Made by a program: the position numbers and the translations under genes. This document shows positions 26,362 through 35,180 of a DNA stretch of 64,000 bases, piece after piece. The first letter of the stretch is position 1, and each line of letters opens with the position of its first letter. The DNA is from a virus. Lineage: Duplodnaviria; Caudoviricetes. The stretch lies in the IMG/VR virus record IMGVR_UViG_2877794441_000003, positions 2,815-66,814 of that record, one strand, 5' to 3'. Below the pieces are notes generated by a model. That model did not search any database and had not been told where the DNA came from. It saw only the letters and a list, made by a program, of their open reading frames with translations.

Positions 26362-26614
26362 GGCTCCCCTCCTTCACCCAGCGACGGATTGCCATCTCGC
26401 AGCCTGAAATCAGACACACACCATTCGCTAGGCCGAGGTGAGTCTTGTTGGCCCCACAGCCGCACCAGCATTTCGGCTGGCGACCTGGGCGCTTCTTCCT
26501 GACTTCCATGTAGCGGATGTGGCCTGGCTGCCCGCCGACCTGGCCCCAGCCGTTCATGCCACCACGCATGGCTGCCGAGCGCGCTGCAGGAGACATGCTG
26601 TTGAGGTTGGTCAT
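26354..26614 (-). CDS. Hypothetical protein (Cys-rich C-terminus)
   Basis: From MTNLNSMSPAARSAAMRGGM; KCWCGCG and ANGVCLISGC. Confidence 0.55.
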   Translation of the reverse strand: MTNLNSMSPAARSAAMRGGMNGWGQVGGQPGHIRYMEVRKKRPGRQPKCWCGCGANKTHLGLANGVCLISGCEMAIRRWVKEGSRD

Positions 26615-26925
26615 GGCGCCACCTTCAGGCCCTGGGCCTCGATGGCTCGCTTGCACTTGAAGATGGCGGAATACTGCGCGCCCATGCGGCTCTCAAGAAC
26701 CTGGTACTGCTCGGGATCATCCTTCTGAGTGACGCCGTACGACTCTGGCGACTCGGGCTCAGGCAGTTCCACCACCACGGCCTCGCGGGAGGCCTGCCAG
26801 GAAAGCCAGCAGTGCTCGACCGTCGTGCTGCAGTACTCGCCGTTATTGAAGCGACGCATGTTCTGGTTTGGGTAGTCGCGCAGCACCCACGCCTCGAACT
26901 GCTCGCGCATCTTGTTGGTGTCCAT
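26611..26925 (-). CDS. Hypothetical phage protein
   Basis: From MDTNKMREQFEAW...WQASREAVVVELP; overlaps both neighbours. Confidence 0.6.
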   Translation of the reverse strand: MDTNKMREQFEAWVLRDYPNQNMRRFNNGEYCSTTVEHCWLSWQASREAVVVELPEPESPESYGVTQKDDPEQYQVLESRMGAQYSAIFKCKRAIEAQGLKVAP

Positions 26926-27650
26926 CACACCCCCTCCCCGGCCGGCTGCCCGGCGCGCTTGATGTTCAACTTGGCCAGCAGGTGTGCACGGCACGCGGCG
27001 GCGCTCAATGGGATCTGCTGGAAGTCCAGCAGGCGGGCCTGCTGTTGGCTTGCATACTCGTCGGCCAGCTCGATCAGGCTCTTCTGGCTGTCGTGGCCGA
27101 TGCCCGTGGCGATCTTGCCGTCCAGAGGCTGGCCTTCCTTCGCCCGGCGCAGCACGATTTCGTAGGCCCGGTCGAAGCGCACCTGCAGGCCCTTGTCGTT
27201 CTGCTGTGCAGCGCGCAGGTCGAACAGGCCGGTGGTCACGGCGGCGATCTTCACGCCCTCGTGGCTGTAGACGCCCAGCAAGGCCTCGACCCAGGCAGCG
27301 GCCGGTGCTGGCATGCCGAAGTCCTCGGGCGTCGGCTGGCACATGGCAATGAACTCACCGACACTCGGCGCGAAAGGCTTCTTGAGCTTGCGGCACTTCT
27401 CGATGCCGAACTCGATCTGCTCGATGGTGCGGATGCCTTGGGCGGCGAACTCCTTTATCCATTCTTCCTTGGCGGCCGCCAGAGCCTCTGTGGAGGGCCA
27501 GGCTTGGCGCCAAGCAGGGAAGATGCCCCGGAGTCGCCTGAACAGGCCGTTAACCACCTCAGCGGTCTCCAGAGAGACCACAACGGGGCCGCCATGCAGT
27601 TCGGGTGGCCGGTTGTTCATTGCCGCCATCAGTTGGTTGGCTGATCTCAT
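26925..27650 (-). CDS. Replication protein P-like (helicase loader)
   Basis: IFPAWRQAWPS, PFAPSVGEFIAMC motifs; follows O-like gene. Confidence 0.85.
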   Translation of the reverse strand: MRSANQLMAAMNNRPPELHGGPVVVSLETAEVVNGLFRRLRGIFPAWRQAWPSTEALAAAKEEWIKEFAAQGIRTIEQIEFGIEKCRKLKKPFAPSVGEFIAMCQPTPEDFGMPAPAAAWVEALLGVYSHEGVKIAAVTTGLFDLRAAQQNDKGLQVRFDRAYEIVLRRAKEGQPLDGKIATGIGHDSQKSLIELADEYASQQQARLLDFQQIPLSAAACRAHLLAKLNIKRAGQPAGEGV

Positions 27651-28396
27651 GTGCGCACCATCAGCCCTTCGGCCCAGGTCGAGTCGTTGAAGTCAGGTTC
27701 GTTGGAGCGGGTACCGCGCTGCTGTGCACCCGGCAGCACCTTCTCCGGGAACAGGCCGGTCCAGCCGTTGCTGATGGACTGGTTGATCACGGCGTCAGGA
27801 GCGTGATGGCCTGCCAGGGTCTTGGCTTGGCGGTCGCAGGTGGTCTTGGTCAGGCGTTTGCCGATCTCGCGGCGGTGCTGGCACCAGTCGGCCCAAACTG
27901 AGGGGGTGACGTTGGTCGGGCAGGCAGTCAGAGGGTCGAACTTCGAAGCCTTGCGCGAAGCGGTCGAGGACGCCTTGGCGGCCGCGCGCTCACCCTCAGT
28001 TGTACTGTTGCTCTTTGTATTACTCTCCTCCGCCTTTTCCGAATAGGGGTCACCGCCTTTTCCGAATAGGGTCGCCGTGTTTTCCGAATAGGTATTCGAC
28101 TTTCCGAATAGGTTGGAAAGGCGCACGCGGCGCTCGACAACCTGGCGGCCATCACGGATCAGCTCGACCCGCAAAAGGCCCTTGGCGGAGAGAGCGCTGA
28201 TGATTTCAGAGACGCGAGAGCTCGACAGGCCGAAGAACCTGGCGAAGTGGCTATTGCTGGCGTAGCAACCCCGCACGGGGTCTTGCAGGCTGCCGATCTC
28301 AACAATCATCACCTTCTCGGTGATCGACAAGGAATGATCCAGCCATACCTCGGCAGGGATCCAGACGCCCTTGAATTGACGTGGAATATCGGTCAT
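27647..28396 (-). CDS. Replication initiator O-like (N-terminal HTH)
   Basis: CYASNSHFARFFGLSSSRVSEII HTH; INQSISNGWTGLF C-terminal motif; internal iterons. Confidence 0.85.
   Translation of the reverse strand: MTDIPRQFKGVWIPAEVWLDHSLSITEKVMIVEIGSLQDPVRGCYASNSHFARFFGLSSSRVSEIISALSAKGLLRVELIRDGRQVVERRVRLSNLFGKSNTYSENTATLFGKGGDPYSEKAEESNTKSNSTTEGERAAAKASSTASRKASKFDPLTACPTNVTPSVWADWCQHRREIGKRLTKTTCDRQAKTLAGHHAPDAVINQSISNGWTGLFPEKVLPGAQQRGTRSNEPDFNDSTWAEGLMVRT
28036..28112. repeat. Four iterons (TTTCCGAATAGG), putative phage replication origin
   Basis: Exact 12-mers at 28036, 28059, 28081 and 28101 inside the O-like gene, as in lambda ori. Confidence 0.85.
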
Positions 28397-28803
28397 TGGC
28401 CGCGCTCCTTGGACTTCTCTGCGCGGCGCTTATCGCGGTAGGCAAACACCTCTTCCATGCCTTCCTCGATCTTCACGACCTCCCGGTCGAAGTAGGCTTG
28501 GGCCTGAGTTTCCTCTTCCGGCGGAAGCTCGCCCGGGCCGGCCAAACCGTTCCAGATCCATTGCATGGCCGCGTCGGCGCCCTTCCCGTGCCGCCACTCG
28601 ACCACAGAGGCACGCATGCCGAGCAAGTAGCGCCCGAACAGCAGGTCCATTTCCTTCACCAGCATGCGCAGATCTTGGTTCTCGGCCGTGAGCCGGTCAT
28701 ACGCCTCTGCCATCACGACATCCGGACCGTGCGGGTCGTAGCCGATACGATTTCCGTTCTCGGAGAGCATGGTAACGACCTTGTAGCGATGGACTTCGCT
28801 CAT
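28393..28803 (-). CDS. Ead/Ea22-like hypothetical protein
   Basis: DAAMQWIWNGLAGPGELP motif. Confidence 0.55.
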   Translation of the reverse strand: MSEVHRYKVVTMLSENGNRIGYDPHGPDVVMAEAYDRLTAENQDLRMLVKEMDLLFGRYLLGMRASVVEWRHGKGADAAMQWIWNGLAGPGELPPEEETQAQAYFDREVVKIEEGMEEVFAYRDKRRAEKSKERGQ

Positions 28804-29600
28804 GCTGCACCTCGCACGGCCTTGTCGTGGGTGTGCAGGCCGTCCCAGTTCTTTTTCATGGGAAGCTCGCCAGCCAGGTACAGCTCGTACAGGCGCACGG
28901 CGCCCTTGCGCAGCAGGATCGGCGTGAAGGCGATGAATGGGTCCTTGCCGTGCGGGCTTACCTGCTGCTGATGCTCCGTCATGTACTTGTCGCGGGCGTA
29001 TGAGCCGACGCGCCAGCGGGTGCTGGTCTTGCTCTCGTTGTAGAGCCAGCTGCGGCCCTCAAGGAAATGGCCCACCTGCATCACGTTGACCCCATTCAGG
29101 CCCTTGCAGAACTGGGCCGGGGTCATGCCTTCCTTGAACAGGTTTTCGAGGTGCTCGATCTTGGTGGCCTGGGCCTTCACTTCGACGGTGAGAAGGACAC
29201 GGGCCTTCTCCGACTCCAGGGCCATTTGGAGGATTTCCAGCTTGCTGAGATCGGCAGGAATCGGCTTCGCGACCTGGGCCTCCAGCTGCTGCCAGCGATC
29301 CACCAGCGCGGCAGTGAATTCCGGCGAAAGCTGGGCGACGACAACGAAGCTGTCGCGCTTACCGATCAGGTACTGCTTTATGCAAAGTGGCCCAGGCCCC
29401 GGATTAGGGACTTCCTCAAATTGAGGGAGTCCAATCAGGCCTTTGGCGTGAAGGGATTCGATGGTCCGCCACACGTTGTCATGGCGTTTTTGAGTGACCT
29501 CGGCAATTTCCCGCGAGGACATGCGCGCCACGAAATCGTGGTTCGCATTTTGTGGCGCGCCGTTTTGAAGCGCTTGTATACTGGTGGCCTGCAGATGCAT
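28800..29600 (-). CDS. Rha-like regulator / antirepressor with KilAC-like C-terminus
   Basis: MSSREIAEVTQKRHDNVWRTI (Rha) and SPEFTAALVDRWQQLE motifs. Confidence 0.8.
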   Translation of the reverse strand: MHLQATSIQALQNGAPQNANHDFVARMSSREIAEVTQKRHDNVWRTIESLHAKGLIGLPQFEEVPNPGPGPLCIKQYLIGKRDSFVVVAQLSPEFTAALVDRWQQLEAQVAKPIPADLSKLEILQMALESEKARVLLTVEVKAQATKIEHLENLFKEGMTPAQFCKGLNGVNVMQVGHFLEGRSWLYNESKTSTRWRVGSYARDKYMTEHQQQVSPHGKDPFIAFTPILLRKGAVRLYELYLAGELPMKKNWDGLHTHDKAVRGAA

Positions 29601-29700
29601 AATTCACCTCAGAGTTTTATGTGAAGCAGAGAGCCGGGCCGCAATCCCGGCTTTTTTGTGTCTGTAAGAAGCCCGAAAGAGGGCCTCTGTCTTTCCACAA

Positions 29701-29913
29701 TCAGGGAACATCGAGGCCCTTTTTGTGCCCTACCAGCCCCAACACGGGGGCCTTGTGTCGCATTTGTCTCAATTGCTCCTGCACCGCGAGTGAGCGACTC
29801 ATTTCCAAGTACTCATCCGTCGATCTATCCAGGCTCCAGCCAAGGTCGGCAGCCAGCTGTCGAACCTCAGCCTTCACCTCGATTGGCAGCAATTCGAAGG
29901 TGGTTTCAGGCAT
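29701..29913 (-). CDS. Hypothetical regulatory protein
   Basis: 70 aa in the PR operon after cro. Confidence 0.5.
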   Translation of the reverse strand: MPETTFELLPIEVKAEVRQLAADLGWSLDRSTDEYLEMSRSLAVQEQLRQMRHKAPVLGLVGHKKGLDVP

Positions 29914-29931
29914 AGGCCCTCCATAGGGTCC

Positions 29932-30141
29932 TTAAGCTGATTTATCCTGCTGCCCGACACCGTTCATTTCTCGGAGCAGGTCAGCAGCACCAAGGCGTCG
30001 ACCCAGGTTTGCCAGTTCGTGCACGTAGGTCGCGAGTTGCATGCCGGCCATGCGGGCCTCCATGCGCAGCTTCTTGACCTCCTCTGGCTTCCAACGCGAC
30101 TTGATCACTTCGCTGCGTTTGTTGGCGGGGTCCAGGTGCAT
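29932..30141 (-). CDS. Hypothetical regulatory protein (CII position)
   Basis: 69 aa ribbon-helix-helix-like, directly after cro. Confidence 0.5.
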   Translation of the reverse strand: MHLDPANKRSEVIKSRWKPEEVKKLRMEARMAGMQLATYVHELANLGRRLGAADLLREMNGVGQQDKSA

Positions 30142-30170
30142 TCAGGGTTTTCCTTTTGATTGAGAAATGG

Positions 30171-30347
30171 TTAAGCGGCGTTTTTTACGGAGGCTTTCAA
30201 TTTGCCCTTGGTCAGAACCTGGATCTGGTACTGACGGGATTCAGGGACGTACTCACCCCACTGGGTCACTGCGCTCGGATTGATCAGCAAAGCGTCAGCG
30301 AGCTTCTTTTTGGAACCGAAGAAGGCGGCGGCGTCTGTTGTCTTCAT
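30171..30347 (-). CDS. cro: Cro-like repressor (58 aa)
   Basis: Hand translation MKTTDAAAFFGSKKKLADALLINPSAVTQWGEYVPESRQYQIQVLTKGKLKASVKNAA; AAGGAG RBS; divergent from cI. Confidence 0.9.
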   Translation of the reverse strand: MKTTDAAAFFGSKKKLADALLINPSAVTQWGEYVPESRQYQIQVLTKGKLKASVKNAA

Positions 30348-30375
30348 TGCTTCGCTCCTTTGGCGATAAGGCTAT

Positions 30376-30446
30376 TTAAGCATGCTAATTTTTGAACGAC
30401 AAGAGCATCCACCAGCAAAGGCCATGCTAAAGTTAAGCTGGCTTAA
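30376..30446. promoter_or_regulatory. OR operators / divergent PR-PRM region
   Basis: TTAAGCATGCTAAT (30376), AAGGCCATGCTAAA (30418), perfect TTAAGCTGGCTTAA (30433); same consensus as the OL sites. Confidence 0.75.
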
Positions 30447-30455
30447 TATTTGAGG

Positions 30456-31124
30456 ATGAACAGACCCGAACGAATCGCTAAAGCGATCAAGCACAGCAAA
30501 AAACTGAAGAAGGAGATCGCCCGCGAATGCGGGGTCACTCCTTCCGCCGTTACTCAATGGATTACGGGCGACAGCAAGAGCATGAGGCCCGAAAACCTGT
30601 TTGCGCTTGCCCAAGCTACCGGGGTGAGCGCCGAGTGGCTCGCAAACGGCACGGGCGAAATGATCGCAGCCACTTCAGGTTTTGACGCTAACGTTGAGCC
30701 CGCATCGGGGCCTTTCAGATATTACGAGTACCCAGAAATCAGCTGGGTCCAGGCTGGGATGCCCGTGGAGGCTGTAGAAATTTCAAACGTGGCCTCTTGC
30801 GAGGTTCACCCATCAGACGCCTGGGCTGGACCAAACGGGTTCTGGCTCAAGGTAAAAGGCCCATCGATGACCTCGCCAAATGGCATGTCGTTCCCTGAGG
30901 GTATGGTGATCCTGGTGGCCCCGGGTTTCGACGTTGAGAGCAGCCAGTTCGTGGTAGCCAAGATGACCGACACCAATGAGGCCACCTTCAAGCAGTTCAT
31001 CTGGGATTCTGGCCGGGCCTTCCTTAAGCCGCTCAACCCTTCGTTCCCGACCGTCGAGATGGATGGCGAATGGGTGCTTGTGGGGCGAGTGGTCGATGCC
31101 AAGTGGCCGCGATCAGCTCTGTGA
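30456..31124 (+). CDS. cI: CI-like repressor (HTH + S24 peptidase)
   Basis: IARECGVTPSAVTQWITG HTH; KVKGPSM catalytic Ser and ATFKQF catalytic Lys. Confidence 0.93.
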   Translation: MNRPERIAKAIKHSKKLKKEIARECGVTPSAVTQWITGDSKSMRPENLFALAQATGVSAEWLANGTGEMIAATSGFDANVEPASGPFRYYEYPEISWVQAGMPVEAVEISNVASCEVHPSDAWAGPNGFWLKVKGPSMTSPNGMSFPEGMVILVAPGFDVESSQFVVAKMTDTNEATFKQFIWDSGRAFLKPLNPSFPTVEMDGEWVLVGRVVDAKWPRSAL

Positions 31125-31132
31125 GGTTTGTC

Positions 31133-31384
31133 ATGCCCCTAACCAAGCCCAACCAAGAACTCAACCGCGACCTCCAGGGGCTAGCCTCCGACCTGAAGTG
31201 GTCGGCGGTCGAGCTGATGCGCATTGCGGTACGCCTGAGCGAGGCCGGAAACGAGCACGACGCCCAGGCAGTGATTAGGATCTGCCAGGTGATGCAGGCT
31301 GGGGAGGATCGGTTGGCGGGGTATGGGGATGAGGTGAAGGCGGGGTTGATTCTACGGAATTCAGAGGGGCAGCCGTCGGCATAG
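31133..31384 (+). CDS. Hypothetical protein downstream of cI
   Basis: MPLTKPNQELNRDL..., GAGG RBS, co-directional with cI. Confidence 0.6.
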   Translation: MPLTKPNQELNRDLQGLASDLKWSAVELMRIAVRLSEAGNEHDAQAVIRICQVMQAGEDRLAGYGDEVKAGLILRNSEGQPSA

Positions 31385-31582
31385 CGAAGAAACGCATGAA
31401 TGAAAGCGTGCACGAGACAAATCCATCGGATCAAGACTCTCCTAAAAAATAGTGGCATGTCTTTGCTGACGGCCATTCTATACGAAGGTTTGGCGGAAAA
31501 GAGGTGAGCTTTAGGTGGCTCATTAGCTCAGTAGCAGGCCACCCTAAATCTCATGAAAATCATATAGTTATGGATAATTTTT

Positions 31583-32497
31583 ATGAGTAAGAAGGCCGTG
31601 CAAAAAGGACAGATAGCTCTCGATCTAGGCGTCGAAATCCAGAAAGACATCAACGGCGTCGAGATGGGGGTGCTTGAAAATGGTATTCCATACCTGACAC
31701 AGCGAGGCTTATCCCGCATAACCGGTGCTGCGCGCAGTGCAATCCAAACCATTACTCAAGAGTGGGAGGATCACTACGATGACCAGGTGATTGGAAAGGA
31801 CCGGATTTCCTACCTAAAGGCCTACCTTTTCAAGAATGGCTATACCGACCGAAAGCTTTACATTGAGTGCGACAAAGACGGGTCTAGACACTACTCATAC
31901 CCTGACATCGTGTGCATGGCGTTCCTTGAATATTACGCTTTCGAGTCAAGCGGCAACAATCAGACAGCGATCGAGAGTTACCGAAGCTTTGCCAGCCTAG
32001 GCCTCGCCGGGTTCATTTACAAGGCACTCGGATACACGCCTGGAGATAAGTGGAAGTATCACAACGACAGGGTATCGATCCTCAATGATAGTGCACCGGT
32101 TGGTCACTTCACGATTTTCAAAGAAATCACAGGTATGGTAGTCGACCTGATCAACGCTGACGTACCAGTGAATGATAAGACGATTCCAGACATCAGCGTA
32201 GGGATAGCTTGGGGTAATTACTGGCGCGAAAACGACTTGAGCCAACTGTATGGGGAAAGGACTTATTATGAGCATAACTATCCAGGCTACTACCCTCAGG
32301 CAATGAGCAACCCTCAGAAGCCCGCAGCCTACCCTGATGCGGCCCTCCCGACCTTCAGGCAGTGGTTCTACAGCGAGTATCTGCCGACCAAATTCCCAAG
32401 GTATATATTGTCAAAGGCCAAGGTCCTTAGGGGCGGGCAGCAGGAAGCCCAAGCAATCGCAGGAATTTTTCAAAGTAAGGCGATCACCAAATTCTGA
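31583..32497 (+). CDS. bstA: BstA-like abortive infection protein
   Basis: 304 aa, lower GC; motifs GVEMGVLENGIPYLTQRGL, YPDIVCMAFLEYYAFE, KTIPDISVG, HNYPGYYPQAMSNPQ match my recollection of BstA; located downstream of cI as in BTP1. Confidence 0.82.
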   Translation: MSKKAVQKGQIALDLGVEIQKDINGVEMGVLENGIPYLTQRGLSRITGAARSAIQTITQEWEDHYDDQVIGKDRISYLKAYLFKNGYTDRKLYIECDKDGSRHYSYPDIVCMAFLEYYAFESSGNNQTAIESYRSFASLGLAGFIYKALGYTPGDKWKYHNDRVSILNDSAPVGHFTIFKEITGMVVDLINADVPVNDKTIPDISVGIAWGNYWRENDLSQLYGERTYYEHNYPGYYPQAMSNPQKPAAYPDAALPTFRQWFYSEYLPTKFPRYILSKAKVLRGGQQEAQAIAGIFQSKAITKF

Positions 32498-32506
32498 CTA
32501 CATAAG

Positions 32507-32529
32507 AAGCCAGCCTCGGCGGGCTTTTT
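32507..32529 (+). terminator. Terminator after bstA
   Basis: AAGCC...GGCTT stem followed by T run. Confidence 0.55.
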
Positions 32530-32688
32530 CATGCCTTCACGCTTTTTTCACGCCCTACCCTGCACAGTGAAGGCTCATCCGCTTCCCTACGTTAGCCCGC
32601 ATTGCAGTGCGGGCTTTTCTTTGCGTGCGTGATGGCGGATGGCCAGAGTGGTAGGATACGAGCTTAACCAACACAGGCCTGTTTCACG

Positions 32689-33180
32689 ATGAAAAAAGTA
32701 TGGATGCCTTTGGCGCTGTCTCTTGCCCTGTCCGCATGCGCCATTCCTCAGCAGCAAGCCGTACCACGAGTCCCATTCCCAGTAGCCGAGTACGATGCAC
32801 TTCCCAAAACCGGGACCGGATCGCTGACCGGGCAAGTCTTCATGCGCACCGTAGGCGGCGACGTTAAATTTGGCGCCGGCAGTGATGTCCATCTGCAGCC
32901 CGTTACCTCCTACTCACAGCAGTGGTATGACACAAATTACCTAGGCGGCCAGCCTCTAGCGCCGGCCGACCCGCGGGCATCTCAAGGGCTGCTAACCACG
33001 CAGGCTGATGGCAACGGAAACTTCAGTTTCTCTAACGTGCCGCCTGGGAAATACTTCCTTAGCTCGACCGTAAGCTGGCAAGCTCCATCCCAGTATGGTT
33101 TGCTTCCGCAAGGCGGCGTGGTTGCCAAGATCATTACAATATCGAATGGCTCGCAAGCCCGAGAAATGCTTACGAAGTAG
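32689..33180 (+). CDS. Lipoprotein moron (beta-sandwich, carboxypeptidase-regulatory-like fold)
   Basis: Lipobox LSAC at residue 17; TTQADGNGNFSFSNVPPGKY motif. Confidence 0.75.
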   Translation: MKKVWMPLALSLALSACAIPQQQAVPRVPFPVAEYDALPKTGTGSLTGQVFMRTVGGDVKFGAGSDVHLQPVTSYSQQWYDTNYLGGQPLAPADPRASQGLLTTQADGNGNFSFSNVPPGKYFLSSTVSWQAPSQYGLLPQGGVVAKIITISNGSQAREMLTK

Positions 33181-33195
33181 CCTCTCAAAAAGCAG

Positions 33196-33221
33196 AAGCC
33201 CGCCATCGAAGCGGGCTTTTT
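33196..33221. terminator. Bidirectional terminator between convergent lipoprotein genes
   Basis: AAGCCCGC-N7-GCGGGCTT with T run on + and A run upstream. Confidence 0.7.
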
Positions 33222-33231
33222 GCTGCCTGGT

Positions 33232-33840
33232 TTATAGAGAGGCAGGATCTATACCGATCAGCCGGAGAGACTCGGCAAGCGATGGGTCTATCACTGTCTC
33301 TCCGGTGGTTGATGCGGCCTGGTTGATGCCTACAGTCCGGTACTTCAAGTTTTGCCCAGACAGCATTTGCTTCAGGATCTTCCTGGCCTTCTCACCACCG
33401 GTAACCGTATACGGGCTCATCATCTGGGTGATGTTGAGCATTGCCTGGTCCTGTGTCTGCTTGACTAGCGCCGCCTGCTCGGGAGGTAGATTAAGAGCAT
33501 ATTGAGGCGCGGCAGGCATCATGCTGACAGGTGTCTCTTGGGGCGTAATGGTCCATGCCTCGTTCTGATCGATCCGCAGTTGGACGGTGCCAACCGGGAT
33601 TTTGAAGCGACCGCCAGACATCAAGCCGACATAGATCTCATCGCCCTCCTTCCGAACCACCGGATAGAAGTGAAGCGACCTGGTCACGATTGAACCCGAG
33701 GCCGGGAACTCGCTCGTGGTCACCATCATCGTGGTTTTATCCGTGAACTCGTCAGTGGTTCCAGTTGCCTGCCACGTTGGTCCCGCTGCGCATCCGCCCA
33801 GCGCAACAGCTGCCGCCAGTACCGCGATGATCCCTTTCAT
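33232..33840 (-). CDS. Lipoprotein moron
   Basis: MKGIIAVLAAAVALGGC lipobox; GGAG RBS. Confidence 0.75.
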   Translation of the reverse strand: MKGIIAVLAAAVALGGCAAGPTWQATGTTDEFTDKTTMMVTTSEFPASGSIVTRSLHFYPVVRKEGDEIYVGLMSGGRFKIPVGTVQLRIDQNEAWTITPQETPVSMMPAAPQYALNLPPEQAALVKQTQDQAMLNITQMMSPYTVTGGEKARKILKQMLSGQNLKYRTVGINQAASTTGETVIDPSLAESLRLIGIDPASL

Positions 33841-33927
33841 TCCCATCTCCACGTTTTTGGTCGGCGCATTGTAGCAAAGCGCCACTGCTGCCAACCGGTC
33901 GCACGGTGCGGTTTTGCGGACACAAAA

Positions 33928-33988
33928 TTCAGCATTCTAAATTTTTTAATTGAGCATGCTTGACCATAACAATTCAGCTTGCTAAATT
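33928..33988 (+). promoter_or_regulatory. PL-like promoter with three OL operators
   Basis: TTGACC(33960)-N17-TAAATT(33983); operators TTCAGCATTCTAAA, TTGAGCATGCTTGA, TTCAGCTTGCTAAA at 33928, 33950, 33973. Confidence 0.8.
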
Positions 33989-34369
33989 TCACCTCAAGCA
34001 GTCACTCACGGGGGACTGCAGAGGCCCTCAAGCCTCACCGCTCTTTCACATTGATGGGAACCTCGCGGATCGATCCCGGCAACGGCACAGCGCGAGCAAT
34101 AAATTCGATCCCCATGCCAGCTCTGGAACTGGTGAACAGACCGCATTGCCTCTACCGGCGACCGGCGATCAGACAGCCCCGAAAGGCTGCCCACGATAGG
34201 GAGAACCCTGTACGGCTGATCGAGAGCGAAACGCTCGAACCGTTACGCCCAGTAGGCACGAAAGACCCGGCAAGCAATGCGCCCCGCCACCCCGGCGGTA
34301 ATGGGACAGAACGATTTACTGATGCCGGTTCACTGAGCCGGCATTGGAAATCAACTGGAGGAACACGGA

Positions 34370-34555
34370 ATGAACAAAGTCCTTCGCATCACCCTTGCCG
34401 GCGAGCGCGAGGTGTTCGCCGACAGCGATCTGGCCGCCTGCATTCGCGAGGCGAACCGCATCAACGCCGAGCGCGGCTACACCAACGGCGTTTGCGTGGT
34501 CGAGCGGGAAGACGGTCAGCGCATGACAGCCGCTGATTGCAAGGCGGCGGCATGA
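34370..34555 (+). CDS. Hypothetical early protein
   Basis: GGAGG RBS; first ORF after PL leader. Confidence 0.55.
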   Translation: MNKVLRITLAGEREVFADSDLAACIREANRINAERGYTNGVCVVEREDGQRMTAADCKAAA

Positions 34556-35180
34556 GGCTCTACTGCGAAGGCCACAGCGCGAGCAAGGGCTGGGCAATTT
34601 CCAGGAGCTGGTCGGACGCAGAGTGCATTGCACTGCCATCTGCACAGGAAGACGAGTTGAGGCCCGTGCGGTTCGTTCGATCTCGAGAGCGCGCCCTGAT
34701 GTTGGTTACGCGATGGAACCGAAGATTCGCCACTCATTGAGCCGGCTCATACAAGCTCATAGCAGCTCATATATTCCCTGACAGCCGGAAAGACGGCCCG
34801 ATGCCCTGCTCCCCATCGCAGGCTGCATTGGAGTGTGAACTGAATCCTGCCGCCAAGCAGCACAGCTTCTATCCAGCGAGATCGGGAGGAACGAACACCG
34901 GTCGATGCAGAGATTGGCTCCTGCCAGTTCACACCCCGATGCAGAGAAGCGCCCAGCTCAGGGCGCGGTTACCGAAGCACCTGTGGACGTCCCTTCCCTC
35001 GCACTGAGGGTAAACGAATTGCGCCGCTGGATGGGTCCACGCCAAGCCAGCTGCCGGGGTAGCGCCCGGCCTCTGCATCCCCTTCCCTTCACTTCGACCG
35101 CATTGGCGGGTGCCAGGCCACCTTTCACGGTGGGTTTGGTCACCCGCTTGCGAGGAGCAACCCAAGCCCAGAGGTTTTCC

